Positions 47,229 through 56,176 of a DNA stretch of 60,240 bases are shown piece after piece (positions within the stretch are counted from its first letter, which is position 1; every line of letters starts with the position of its first letter). The stretch is from Myxococcota bacterium (GTDB lineage Bacteria > Myxococcota_A > UBA9160 > PR03): positions 1 through 60,240 of the forward strand of contig JBFIML010000026.1 in NCBI GenBank assembly GCA_041611735.1, read 5' to 3'. Under the pieces are notes generated by a model. It saw only the letters and a program-made list of their open reading frames with translations. It was not told where the DNA came from and did not search any database. Both the position numbers and the translations under genes were made by a program.

Positions 47229-48485
47229 GTGCGACGCTTGCTCCTGCTCATGCCCCTTGGGCTGGTGGCAGGCCTGCTGGTCTCGGAGGGCCTGCTGCGG
47301 GCGGTCGCACCCCAGTGGTCCGATGCCTGGAAGATGTGGCGCATGGACCCCGTGTACGCGCGAGGGCTGCGGCCCGACGTGCGCGATGCGGTCGTTCATG
47401 GCCACTCGGGCGAGTTCGCCTTCCGCTTCTCGACCAACCGTCAGGGGCTGCGCATGGACCGGGAGGTGTCGCTGGAGCCGGCGCCGGGAACCCGACGCAT
47501 CCTGCTGGTGGGCGACTCCTTCACCTTCGGCTACGGCGTCGACCAGGGGGAGACCTTCGCGGACGTCCTGCAGGCGAGCGCGCACCGGACCGGGCAGCCC
47601 GTGGAGGTGGTGAACGCGGGCTTCGCCAGCGGGTTCACCCTGGACACGGAGTACCTCTTCACGCGCGAGGTCGGCGCGCACTGGCTTCCGCGAGACGTGG
47701 TAGTCGGCGTCTGCCTCTCCAACGACCTGGCCGACCTCGCCCTGACGCGCTGGCGCATGGCGGGCGAGCGGCTGATCGCCATCGAGAAGGGCAACGATTG
47801 GGTGCCCGTGTGGGTGAAGCGATCGGGGCTGGTGAATCTCGTCGTCAAGGGCGTCGTGCCGCGCCTGCGCGCCGACGGGCCGGGGAACGGAGAGGCTGCC
47901 GGGGCGCGGCAGAGTCCGTGCGTACTGCCGGCGCCGCGAGCCGCTACCCGGGCAGCCGGCAGCGCCGCTCCGGAGAGCCGGAATCCCCCCGTGAAAGCCG
48001 TCGCCGCGCTCTCACCTGCGGAGCGCGCCGCCTGGGTCATGCAGGCCTGGTCGCGCCACGCCTCCGCGTCGGGCTACGCGCTCACCCTCCTGCTGATTCC
48101 CGATGCCGAGGAGGTGCAGTGGCCGACCCGCTCGGACCTCCTGGCATCCCGCGCGCGCGTTCGCGAGGTCTTCGCCGATGCGGCGGGTCGGGCGGGCGTG
48201 CGTATCCTCGATCCCGTAGCGGCCATGCGAGCCCACGTATGCAGCGGTGAAGAGCCCCTCTACTTCGACAGCGATGGGCACTGGAACGCTGCCGGGCACC
48301 GCTTCGTGGGCGAGTGGCTGGCGAGTGAGCTCCTGGAGCGCGATTCCCGCGTGCCTCTGCGGGGGGCGACGTTCGGGGTCGAGACCCCGATCCAGGAAGA
48401 CCGCCTCTCGAAACCGGTCGGGGTCGGGGTGGTGGGATTCGAACCCACGACGCGGAACCCCCAAAGTTCCGGCTCTGGCCGCTGA
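47229..48485 (+). CDS. SGNH/GDSL hydrolase family exported protein
   Basis: N-terminal TM, VGDSFTFG block I, NAG, ND, DGHWN block V; C-terminal tail overlaps the tRNA in antisense. Confidence 0.8.
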   Translation: MRRLLLLMPLGLVAGLLVSEGLLRAVAPQWSDAWKMWRMDPVYARGLRPDVRDAVVHGHSGEFAFRFSTNRQGLRMDREVSLEPAPGTRRILLVGDSFTFGYGVDQGETFADVLQASAHRTGQPVEVVNAGFASGFTLDTEYLFTREVGAHWLPRDVVVGVCLSNDLADLALTRWRMAGERLIAIEKGNDWVPVWVKRSGLVNLVVKGVVPRLRADGPGNGEAAGARQSPCVLPAPRAATRAAGSAAPESRNPPVKAVAALSPAERAAWVMQAWSRHASASGYALTLLLIPDAEEVQWPTRSDLLASRARVREVFADAAGRAGVRILDPVAAMRAHVCSGEEPLYFDSDGHWNAAGHRFVGEWLASELLERDSRVPLRGATFGVETPIQEDRLSKPVGVGVVGFEPTTRNPQSSGSGR

Positions 48486-48496
48486 GCTACACCCCG
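48424..48496 (-). tRNA. tRNA-Pro(TGG), CCA not encoded
   Basis: Cloverleaf CGGGGTG TA GCTC AGCGGCCA GAGC C GGAAC TTTGGGG GTTCC GCGTC GTGGG TTCGAAT CCCAC CACCCCG A; C1:G72 and A73 are Pro identity elements. Confidence 0.88.
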
Positions 48497-48546
48497 ATGC
48501 CCGGGAGGGTAGCCGACGCCGCCGTGTGGGGGATGGCGACGCGGGC

Positions 48547-49212
48547 TCAGGTGAGGCGGATCGGCGAGAGGGCCTTCTCGTCGAGCCAGCGCACCAGGTC
48601 GCGCAGCGCTTCGGGCCCGACCTCGTGACCCATCTCGTACTCGTGGCACGTCACCGCCACGCCGAAGGGAAGCAGCGCGTCTCGCGACTCCCGCGCCCGG
48701 GCCACGTCGATCATCGGATCCCGGGTTCCGTGCTGCACCAGCACCGGGCGTCCCTGGTGGGCCGCCTGGCGCGGGATGCTGCGGGCCAGGGCCTCGGGCA
48801 GCCACGAGGACAGGGCCGCCAGGCCGGCGAAGCGCTCGGGCTCGCGCAGGAAGAGGTCGTAGCCCATGACGCCGCCCTGGCTGAAGCCGAGCAGCACGAG
48901 CTTGCGCCGGTCCACCGGGTAGCGCTCCAGGGCCTGGTCCAGGAAGGCGCGCAGGGCGGCAGCCCCCTTGGCGAACTCCATGGGGTCCGGCGGCGAGCCG
49001 GGGGTGATCGGGAACCAGCCGTAGCCTTCCAGGCCGTCACCGATCGGCACGCGCCCGGGCCCCTGCGGACACAGCACCAGGGCCCGGCCCCCGTGCAGGA
49101 GGGGCGAGAGCCCGAGCAGGTCGTGGGCGCTGGCTCCCCAGCCGTGCAGGGCAACGAGGGTGGGGAACGGGCCGTCGCCCGCGGGGACATGGGCCGTGTG
49201 GAGCAGGTTCAC
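48547..49212 (-). CDS. Phospholipase/carboxylesterase (alpha/beta hydrolase)
   Basis: LHGWG, GFSQG nucleophile, HGTRD, MGH. Confidence 0.9.
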   Translation of the reverse strand: MNLLHTAHVPAGDGPFPTLVALHGWGASAHDLLGLSPLLHGGRALVLCPQGPGRVPIGDGLEGYGWFPITPGSPPDPMEFAKGAAALRAFLDQALERYPVDRRKLVLLGFSQGGVMGYDLFLREPERFAGLAALSSWLPEALARSIPRQAAHQGRPVLVQHGTRDPMIDVARARESRDALLPFGVAVTCHEYEMGHEVGPEALRDLVRWLDEKALSPIRLT

Positions 49213-49291
49213 GGCGGCGCAGCATAGGGCATGGGCCCGCGGGGGTGCCCGTGCTAACTGATGGGAGGGACTGCCCGGAGATCCTCCCCAC

Positions 49292-50701
49292 GTGCCTGCT
49301 GCCGGCAAGACGCTCCTCGACAAGGTCTGGGACGCGCACAGCGTGCGGGAGCTCCCGAGCGGCCAGACCCAGCTCCTGATCGGCCTGCACCTGATCCACG
49401 AGGTGACGAGCCCCCAGGCCTTCGCGGCGCTGCACGAGGCGCGGCTGCCGGTGCGCCTCCCGCAACGCACCTTCGCCACCGTGGACCACATCATCCCCAC
49501 GGACTCCCAGCGCCGCCCGCTCTCGGACCCCCTGGCCGAGGCCATGCTGCTCGAGCTCGAGAAGAACTGCGAGCGCCACGGCATCCGCTTCTTCGGCACG
49601 GCCAGCGGCAAGCAGGGCATCGTGCACGTGATCGGCCCGGAGCTCGGCCTGACGCAGCCCGGCCTGACGATCGCCTGCGGCGACAGCCACACCTCGACCC
49701 ACGGCGCCTTCGGAGCCGTGGCCTTCGGGATCGGGACCAGCCAGGTGCGCGACGTGCTGGCCACCCAGTGCCTGGCGGTGGCCCGGCCGCGCGTGCGGCG
49801 CATCGACGTGGTCGGCAAGCTCGCAGCCGGCGTCTACGCCAAGGACGTGATCCTCACCATCATCCGGCGCCTGGGGGTCAAGGGGGGCCTCGGCTTCGCC
49901 TACGAGTACGCTGGCCCGGTGGTGGACGCCTTCACCCTCGAGGAGCGCATGACGCTCTGCAACATGTCGATCGAGGGAGGCGCCCGGGTCGGCTACGTGA
50001 ACCCCGACGAGAGCACCTTCGACTTCCTGCGCGGGCGGGAGTTCGCGCCCCGGGGCGAGGCCTTCGAGCGGGCCGTCACCTGGTGGCGTTCGATGGCGAG
50101 CGACGCCGACGCAGCCTACGCGGACCGGGTCGCGATCGAGGGCGCCCGGCTGGCCCCGACGGTCACCTGGGGCATCCACCCCGGTCAGAGCGTCGGCGTG
50201 GACGAGCGCATCCCGCGCCTGGCGGAGCTCGCCGCCGAGGAGCGGGCCTCCGCCGAGGAGGCCCTGGCCCACATGGAGCTCCGGCCCGGGGAGCCCGTGG
50301 CCGGCACGAAGATCGACGTGGCCTTCATCGGCTCCTGCACGAACGGGCGCATCTCGGACCTGCGCGAGGCGTCGCGGGTGGCCAAGACGGGGCGCGTCGC
50401 GCCCGGTGTACGTGCGCTGGTGGTGCCCGGCTCCCAGGCCGTGGCGCGCCAGGCCGAGGCGGAGGGCCTTCCGGAGCTGTTCCGCGCCGCGGGCTTCGAG
50501 TGGCGCGAGGCGGGCTGCTCCATGTGCCTGGCCATGAACCCGGACAAGCTGGTGGGACGCGAGCTGTGCGCCTCTTCCAGTAACCGCAACTTCAAGGGGC
50601 GCCAGGGATCGCCCCGCGGACGCACGCTGCTCATGTCGCCGGCCATGGTGGCGGCGGCGGCCCTGGCCGGCCGGGTCCGCGACGTGCGGGAGGTGCTGTG
50701 A
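49292..50701 (+). CDS. leuC: 3-isopropylmalate dehydratase large subunit
   Basis: [40 protein letters not shown]. Confidence 0.97.
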   Translation: MPAAGKTLLDKVWDAHSVRELPSGQTQLLIGLHLIHEVTSPQAFAALHEARLPVRLPQRTFATVDHIIPTDSQRRPLSDPLAEAMLLELEKNCERHGIRFFGTASGKQGIVHVIGPELGLTQPGLTIACGDSHTSTHGAFGAVAFGIGTSQVRDVLATQCLAVARPRVRRIDVVGKLAAGVYAKDVILTIIRRLGVKGGLGFAYEYAGPVVDAFTLEERMTLCNMSIEGGARVGYVNPDESTFDFLRGREFAPRGEAFERAVTWWRSMASDADAAYADRVAIEGARLAPTVTWGIHPGQSVGVDERIPRLAELAAEERASAEEALAHMELRPGEPVAGTKIDVAFIGSCTNGRISDLREASRVAKTGRVAPGVRALVVPGSQAVARQAEAEGLPELFRAAGFEWREAGCSMCLAMNPDKLVGRELCASSSNRNFKGRQGSPRGRTLLMSPAMVAAAALAGRVRDVREVL

Positions 50702-51300
50702 AGCCGAGCGTCCGGAGCGTCCGAGGCCGTGGCTGCGTCCTGCGTGGCGACGACATCGACACCGATCGTGTCATCCCGGCGCGCTTCCTGCGCTGCGTCA
50801 CCTTCGAGGGTCTCGGCGAACACGCCTTCGCCGACGACCGCGCCCAGGCCAAGGGGAACCATGCCCTGGACGACGAACGCTTCACGGGCGCATCGATCCT
50901 GGTGGTGGGCCGCAACTTCGGCTGCGGCTCCTCCCGAGAGCACGCGCCCCAGGCGCTGCTCCGCTTCGGCTTTCACGCCTTCGTGGGCGAGTCCTTCGCG
51001 GAGATCTTCCTGGGCAACTGCACCGCCCTCGGCCTGCCCTGCGCCACGCTGCCGCGCGCCGAGCTCGAGCGCCTGATGGAGTCGGTGGAGCTCGAGCCGG
51101 ACCAGGAGCTGGTGCTCGACGTGGCGGCGGGGACGCTCACGACCGCGCGCCTCGGAAGCTTGCGGGTCGGGATTCCGGAAGGAAGCCGGCGTCAGCTGGT
51201 GGAGGGCACCTGGGACGCCACGGCGGTCCTGCTCGAGGCGGACGACGCCATCGAGGCGACGGCCCGGCGTCTGCCCTACCTCGGCGGGTTTCCCGGCTAG
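50698..51300 (+). CDS. leuD: 3-isopropylmalate dehydratase small subunit
   Basis: [25 protein letters not shown]; overlaps leuC stop. Confidence 0.96.
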   Translation: MKPSVRSVRGRGCVLRGDDIDTDRVIPARFLRCVTFEGLGEHAFADDRAQAKGNHALDDERFTGASILVVGRNFGCGSSREHAPQALLRFGFHAFVGESFAEIFLGNCTALGLPCATLPRAELERLMESVELEPDQELVLDVAAGTLTTARLGSLRVGIPEGSRRQLVEGTWDATAVLLEADDAIEATARRLPYLGGFPG

Positions 51301-51321
51301 CAGCCTGCCCCGAGACTGCTC

Positions 51322-51960
51322 CTAGACGCTCCGCCGCGCCAGGCCCGCCAGTCCGAAGGCCAGCAGCAGCGCGGTGGTGGGCTCGGGGATCGCCGTGGCC
51401 GGGCCCCCCAGCACGAGATCGAGCGGCTCGCCCCCGGGCGGCGTGGGGGCCCCGTCGCTGCGAACGATGCCCCCGATGACGGGATCCGCACCGATGGCGT
51501 CGGGCGCCAGCGGGAACCCGGACTCCGCTCCGAACAGGACCGCCGACGCCCCGCCCAGCAGGGAGCGGGCCACCATCGCCGACAGCGTGCTTCCCCCGAA
51601 TACGACGCTTCCGGTGCCCACCACGCTGGCGGCGGAGAGGTCGATCACGAACACCTGGGTCGCGCTGGCCAGCGGGTTGAAGAAGATCGCGAAGTCGCTG
51701 CGGGTGTCGGCGTCCGTATCCACCTGGAACCGCACGGCAACGTCGTCGAAGCTGGGGGGCGTCACGAAGCTCACGCCCAGGACGAGGGAGGTGCCGTCGA
51801 AGCCGGCGCTCACGGAGGCGATGTCGCGAGCGCCGGGACCCGACTCGCCCGGCGGGTCCAGCAGCACCGTCGTGGCGGCCGCCGGGTCGGCGAAGCCGAG
51901 GGCCAGGAGTCCGGCCAGGGCGATTGCGGAGAATCCGTGGCGACGCGGCGCAGCTTCCAC
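51322..51960 (-). CDS. PEP-CTERM sorting domain surface protein
   Basis: Signal peptide (..PAAA), beta-rich acidic body, C-terminal IPEPTTALLLAFGLAGLARR; GGAGGGAGG SD before GTG. Confidence 0.85.
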   Translation of the reverse strand: MEAAPRRHGFSAIALAGLLALGFADPAAATTVLLDPPGESGPGARDIASVSAGFDGTSLVLGVSFVTPPSFDDVAVRFQVDTDADTRSDFAIFFNPLASATQVFVIDLSAASVVGTGSVVFGGSTLSAMVARSLLGGASAVLFGAESGFPLAPDAIGADPVIGGIVRSDGAPTPPGGEPLDLVLGGPATAIPEPTTALLLAFGLAGLARRSV

Positions 51961-52094
51961 CGGTACCTCCCTCCGGCTCCTCATCGGCTTTCCGAGCGCA
52001 GCCCGTAAGCCTCTAGGTGGCCGACCCCCCCAGCAGGTGGCAAGTCGGGCCGCAGGAGAAGGGCCCGCGGGTCGAATCCGCGCCGGTGCAGGAG

Positions 52095-52871
52095 CTAGCG
52101 ATCCCCGAAGCGCGGATCGCGCTTCTCCAGGAAGGCGGTCATGCCCTCCTGGGCCTCCTCGCCCGCGAAGAGGCCGCCGAAGGCGCTCTGCTCCAGGGCG
52201 TGGGCCACCCGCACGTCGGCGTCCTGCCCCTCCTGGAGCAGGCGCTTGGCCAGGGCGACGGCCCGGGGGCCCTTGCGGGCGGCGCTGCGGACCGCCTCCA
52301 GCGCACCCTCCAGCAGCGCGTCGGGCTCGAACAGGCGGTTGGCGAGTCCGATGCGCAGCGCGGTCTCGGCGTCGATCGGCTCGCCGGTCAGCACCAGCTG
52401 CTTGGCCCAGGCGAGCCCCACGCGGCGCGGGAGCCGGCTGGTGCCGCCGAAGCCCGGGACGAGCCCCAGCTTCACCTCCGGCTGTCCGAAGCGGGCCCCG
52501 TGCGAGGCGTAGATCCAATCGCAGGAGCAGGCCAGCTCGAGGCCCCCGCCCAGGGCGAAGCCATTCACGGCCGCCAGCGTCGGAACCGGGAGCGCCTCCA
52601 GGGCGGCGAAGACCCGGTGGCCCAGCCGACTGAACGCCTCGGCGTCCGCCGGCGCGAACGCCCGCATCTCGCCAATGTCCGCTCCCGCAGCAAAGGCGCG
52701 TCCGGAGCTGGTCACGACCACGGCCCGCAGCGCGGCATCCCGGGCCAGCTCCTCGAGCCGTTGGAGCAGCGCCGTCAGCGTGGCGCGGTCGAGGGCGTTC
52801 AAGACGTCCGGCCGGTTGAGTTTCACCACGGCCACGCCGTCACGCCGCTCGCACAGGACGGGTTCGCCCAC
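52095..52871 (-). CDS. Enoyl-CoA hydratase
   Basis: AFAAGADI, GFALGGGLELA, FGQPEVKLG..PGFGGT. Confidence 0.92.
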   Translation of the reverse strand: MGEPVLCERRDGVAVVKLNRPDVLNALDRATLTALLQRLEELARDAALRAVVVTSSGRAFAAGADIGEMRAFAPADAEAFSRLGHRVFAALEALPVPTLAAVNGFALGGGLELACSCDWIYASHGARFGQPEVKLGLVPGFGGTSRLPRRVGLAWAKQLVLTGEPIDAETALRIGLANRLFEPDALLEGALEAVRSAARKGPRAVALAKRLLQEGQDADVRVAHALEQSAFGGLFAGEEAQEGMTAFLEKRDPRFGDR

Positions 52872-52977
52872 CTCGCACTCCTCTCCGGCGGCGCTCGACG
52901 CACCGCGGGCGCGGAGGCTATCACACGCCCGTCGCACGCCGCGTGGTAGAGTGCGGGCGACCGCAGGAGGGAGACGT

Positions 52978-53709
52978 GTGTCGGAACGCCGCTCGCTCGC
53001 CGCCACGCTGGCCGCGGGTCTCGGTCTGCTCGGGGCGGCCGGGGTGGGCCTCGGCCCGCTGGCCGCCCACACGGATCTCCTGAGCCCGTTCAGCGGCTTC
53101 CGCCTGTTCGGGTTCGCACTGCTCTCCGGCGCTGTCACGCTGGTGCTCGGTCTGATCGGTCTGGCCCGCACCACCGGCGAACGGCCCGGACGGGGCCGCG
53201 CCTGGCTCGGCCTCGGGCTGGGCCTCGGGCTCGTGGCGATGCTGCTCGTCCTCGCGCTCCCGGCCCGCGACCTGCCGCGCATCAACGACATCACCACGAG
53301 CCCCGACGACCCGCCGGCCTTCCGGGCCGCGGCCCAGCTCGATGCGAACCGCGGCCGCGACCTGAGCTACCCGGGCGAGGAGTTCGCCGTGCCACAGCGG
53401 GCGGCGTACCCGGATCTCGAGCCCATCCGCCTGGACGATTCGCCGGCGGCCGCCTTCGAAGCCGTCCGACGCGCGGCCGGCTCCCTGGGCTGGACGATCG
53501 TGGCCGCCGACCCGGACGCAGGCCGCCTCGAGGCCACCCATGTCTCGGCCCTCTTCCGCTTCGTGGACGACGTGGTCGTGCGCGTGCGGCCCGCGGACGG
53601 CGGCTCGCGGATCGACGTGCGCTCCAGGTCGCGCGACGGCCGGGGCGACGTGGGCGCCAACGCGGAGCGGATCCGCGCCTTCCGGGCGGCGCTCCTCAGG
53701 CAGGGCTAG
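52978..53709 (+). CDS. DUF1499 domain membrane protein
   Basis: 3 TM then INDITT..DPP, YPDLEP, FRFVDDVVVRV, RSRSRDGRGDVGAN..RI. Confidence 0.85.
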   Translation: MSERRSLAATLAAGLGLLGAAGVGLGPLAAHTDLLSPFSGFRLFGFALLSGAVTLVLGLIGLARTTGERPGRGRAWLGLGLGLGLVAMLLVLALPARDLPRINDITTSPDDPPAFRAAAQLDANRGRDLSYPGEEFAVPQRAAYPDLEPIRLDDSPAAAFEAVRRAAGSLGWTIVAADPDAGRLEATHVSALFRFVDDVVVRVRPADGGSRIDVRSRSRDGRGDVGANAERIRAFRAALLRQG

Positions 53710-55352
53710 TGGCCTCGGGGCAGGCCCCCCGGGCCGCCGAGCGCCTCCAGGGCGCGGGCCCGGGCCCAGCGGTAGTCCGCCTTCCCGCTCGGGGCGCGCA
53801 CCAGCTCCTCCACGAAGACGAAGGCCTTGGGCACCTTGTAGGGGGCCAGGTGCTCCCCGGCCGCTCTGCGCAGCTCCGTCTCGTCCACACGCACCCCGTC
53901 GCGCAGGCGCACCAGCGCCGTCACCTGCTGCCCCCAGCGCTCGTGAGGCGTACCGACCACCACCGCGTCGTAGACGGCCGGGTGGTGCTTGAGGGCGTGC
54001 TCCACCTCTTCGGCGAAGACCTTCTCGCCGCCCGTGTTGATGGTGACCGAATCGCGCCCCAGCAGCCGGATCGTCCCGTCCGCCTCGATCGTGGCGCGGT
54101 CGCCGGGCACTGCGTACCGGGTGCCGCCCAGCACCGGAAACGTGCGGGCGGTCTTCTCCGCATCCCGGTAGTAGCCGAGCGGGATCCAGCCGGTGCGGGC
54201 CAGCCAGCCGCGCTCGCCGGAGCCCGGCGCCAGGGGGCCCGAGAGGTCCTCGCGCAGCACCCCGTTGCCCGGCGCCACGGCAAAGTCGCCGGTGGTGGCC
54301 TTGCGGCCGGACTCCGAGTACTGGGAGGCCTGCGCCCCGCTCTCCGAGGAGCCGAGGGCGTCCAGGATGCGCAGGCCGGGAAGGCGGGACAGGAATTCGT
54401 CCTTCAGCCGGGCGGTGAGGATCGCCCCGCCCGAAGTCAGGAGCTTGAGGGACGAGAGGTCGTAGGAGCGCCGGGCGAGCTGGTCCGCCAACGGACGTCC
54501 AAAGGCGTCGCCCACGATGGTGAGCAGATTCACGCGCTCGCGCTCCACGGTGGACCAGATGTCGTGGGGATCGAGGCGACGCGTCTCGCTTTGCACGACG
54601 ACGGTCCCTCCCACGGACCACAGGTTGAACGCCACCCAGTGGGCTGCGCCGTGCATGAAGGGCGGCGCGGTCAGGCCGCGGATGCCGCCGGCCCGCGCCC
54701 GCACCACCAGCTCCTCCAGGTCGCGGGGCGGACTGGGGCCCGCCATGGCGGCCCAGAAGACGTCCTCCTGACGCCATAGGACGCCCTTGGGCATCCCCGT
54801 GGTGCCACCCGTGTAGAGGATGTAGAGGTCGTCGGGCGAGAGGTCGCGGGGCGGCTCGGGCTCCGCCGCGGCCAGCGCGTCCTCGTAGTCGAGCGCCCCC
54901 GGCAGGAGGGGGTTTCCGGATGCGTCCCCCACCTGGAGCCAGAGACGCACCCCGGGCAGGCGCTTGCGCAGTCGCTCGAGGCACGGCGCGAATTCGGCAT
55001 GGTAGACGATGGCCCGCGCCTCGGCGTTCTCGAACAGGTAGAGCAGCTCGTCGTCCACGTAGCGGTAGTTCACGTTGAAGGGCGCACAGCGCGCCTTGTA
55101 GGCGGCGAGCATGCCCTCCAGGTACTCGTTCCCGTTGTACAGATAGAGCGCCACGTGATCCTGGCCGCTCTCCCAATTGCGCAGCCCCTCCCGCTCCGTG
55201 TGGCAGCCGAGGCCGTGGCGACGCAGCACGTGGGCGAGACGCCGCGTGCGCTCCGTCACCTGGGTCCAGGTGAGGCGACGCTCCCGGAAGACCAGGCACT
55301 CGCGCTCCGGAACCGCCCCGGCGATGGCCTCGTGGATGGCGGCGAGGTTCAT
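53706..55352 (-). CDS. Acyl-CoA synthetase (AMP-binding, FadD19-like)
   Basis: NVNYRY, YTGGTTGMPKG, GD, GR...INTGGEKV, PSGK. Confidence 0.9.
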   Translation of the reverse strand: MNLAAIHEAIAGAVPERECLVFRERRLTWTQVTERTRRLAHVLRRHGLGCHTEREGLRNWESGQDHVALYLYNGNEYLEGMLAAYKARCAPFNVNYRYVDDELLYLFENAEARAIVYHAEFAPCLERLRKRLPGVRLWLQVGDASGNPLLPGALDYEDALAAAEPEPPRDLSPDDLYILYTGGTTGMPKGVLWRQEDVFWAAMAGPSPPRDLEELVVRARAGGIRGLTAPPFMHGAAHWVAFNLWSVGGTVVVQSETRRLDPHDIWSTVERERVNLLTIVGDAFGRPLADQLARRSYDLSSLKLLTSGGAILTARLKDEFLSRLPGLRILDALGSSESGAQASQYSESGRKATTGDFAVAPGNGVLREDLSGPLAPGSGERGWLARTGWIPLGYYRDAEKTARTFPVLGGTRYAVPGDRATIEADGTIRLLGRDSVTINTGGEKVFAEEVEHALKHHPAVYDAVVVGTPHERWGQQVTALVRLRDGVRVDETELRRAAGEHLAPYKVPKAFVFVEELVRAPSGKADYRWARARALEALGGPGGLPRGH

Positions 55353-56176
55353 CGGGGCGACCGTGTCCGACTCGCGCCCGCGAGGCGGACGAGGGCGAGG
55401 ACCGCATCCAGCGTCGCCTCCACCTGCCAATCGACGGAGAGGCCCGGGCCGAAACTCCAGCTCCCGTCCCCGGCCTGCTCGGCCAGCAGGCCCGGCACGA
55501 GCTCGCGGCCGTCCAGGCGGGCGCCCGGCAGCGCCTGCACGTCGCACAGGCAGAGCAGCCGCGCGGCATGCAGAGCGTCGATCCGCTTCTCCCGAAAGCC
55601 GCGTTCCAGGCCGCGCCCGCACCATTGCAGGGCCGCGTCGGCCAGATCATGGGGCGTGTTCACGAAGAAGCAGGTGAAGGCCGCCAGCGCGCCGAAGTCC
55701 CCGTGCTCGACCCGCTCCGGGCTCCAGTGCGCCGCGAGGAAGCCTCCGGCTGCGTCGAGCACGCGCGGCCGCACGTAGTCCGTGGCGGCCAGGTGTCCGG
55801 CCAACAGCCCCGTCAACACGAGCCGGGTGCGCTCGTCGTCCTCGGCCCGCGCGGCCCAGGACCCGTCCGCTGCCTGCACCGACGCCAGGTAGGCCACCGC
55901 CTCCTCCACCTCGGGGATGCGCAGGCAACGCAGCGACGCGAAGAGGGTCAGCACCTGGAGCGTCCCGGCCGGACCGGGCCGCCCGCTGTCGTGCTTGCCG
56001 AGGGTGGGGAAGGATCCATCCGGGGCCTGTCTGGAAGCGAGAGCACGCACCACCGCGTCCGCGGGCTGGCTACCGAGCAGGGCGTGCAGATGCGCCCGGG
56101 CCAGGGCGTCGCCCTCGACCTCCACGAAGCGGCGCGCTCGGGAGAGGGCGACCTCGACGCCGGGCCCCGCGCTCAT
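55349..56176 (-). CDS. Prenyltransferase/squalene-oxidase repeat (QW motif) protein
   Basis: Three QW-like motifs: QAPDGSF, QAADGSW, QAGDGSW. Confidence 0.65.
   Translation of the reverse strand: MSAGPGVEVALSRARRFVEVEGDALARAHLHALLGSQPADAVVRALASRQAPDGSFPTLGKHDSGRPGPAGTLQVLTLFASLRCLRIPEVEEAVAYLASVQAADGSWAARAEDDERTRLVLTGLLAGHLAATDYVRPRVLDAAGGFLAAHWSPERVEHGDFGALAAFTCFFVNTPHDLADAALQWCGRGLERGFREKRIDALHAARLLCLCDVQALPGARLDGRELVPGLLAEQAGDGSWSFGPGLSVDWQVEATLDAVLALVRLAGASRTRSPR

Noticed and set aside
49213-49291. Leucine attenuator before leuC
   Set aside because: No Leu-rich leader peptide or terminator visible
51961-52094. c-di-GMP riboswitch or ribozyme upstream of the PEP-CTERM gene
   Set aside because: Only a short TCGG-AAAG-CCGA hairpin; conserved cores are absent
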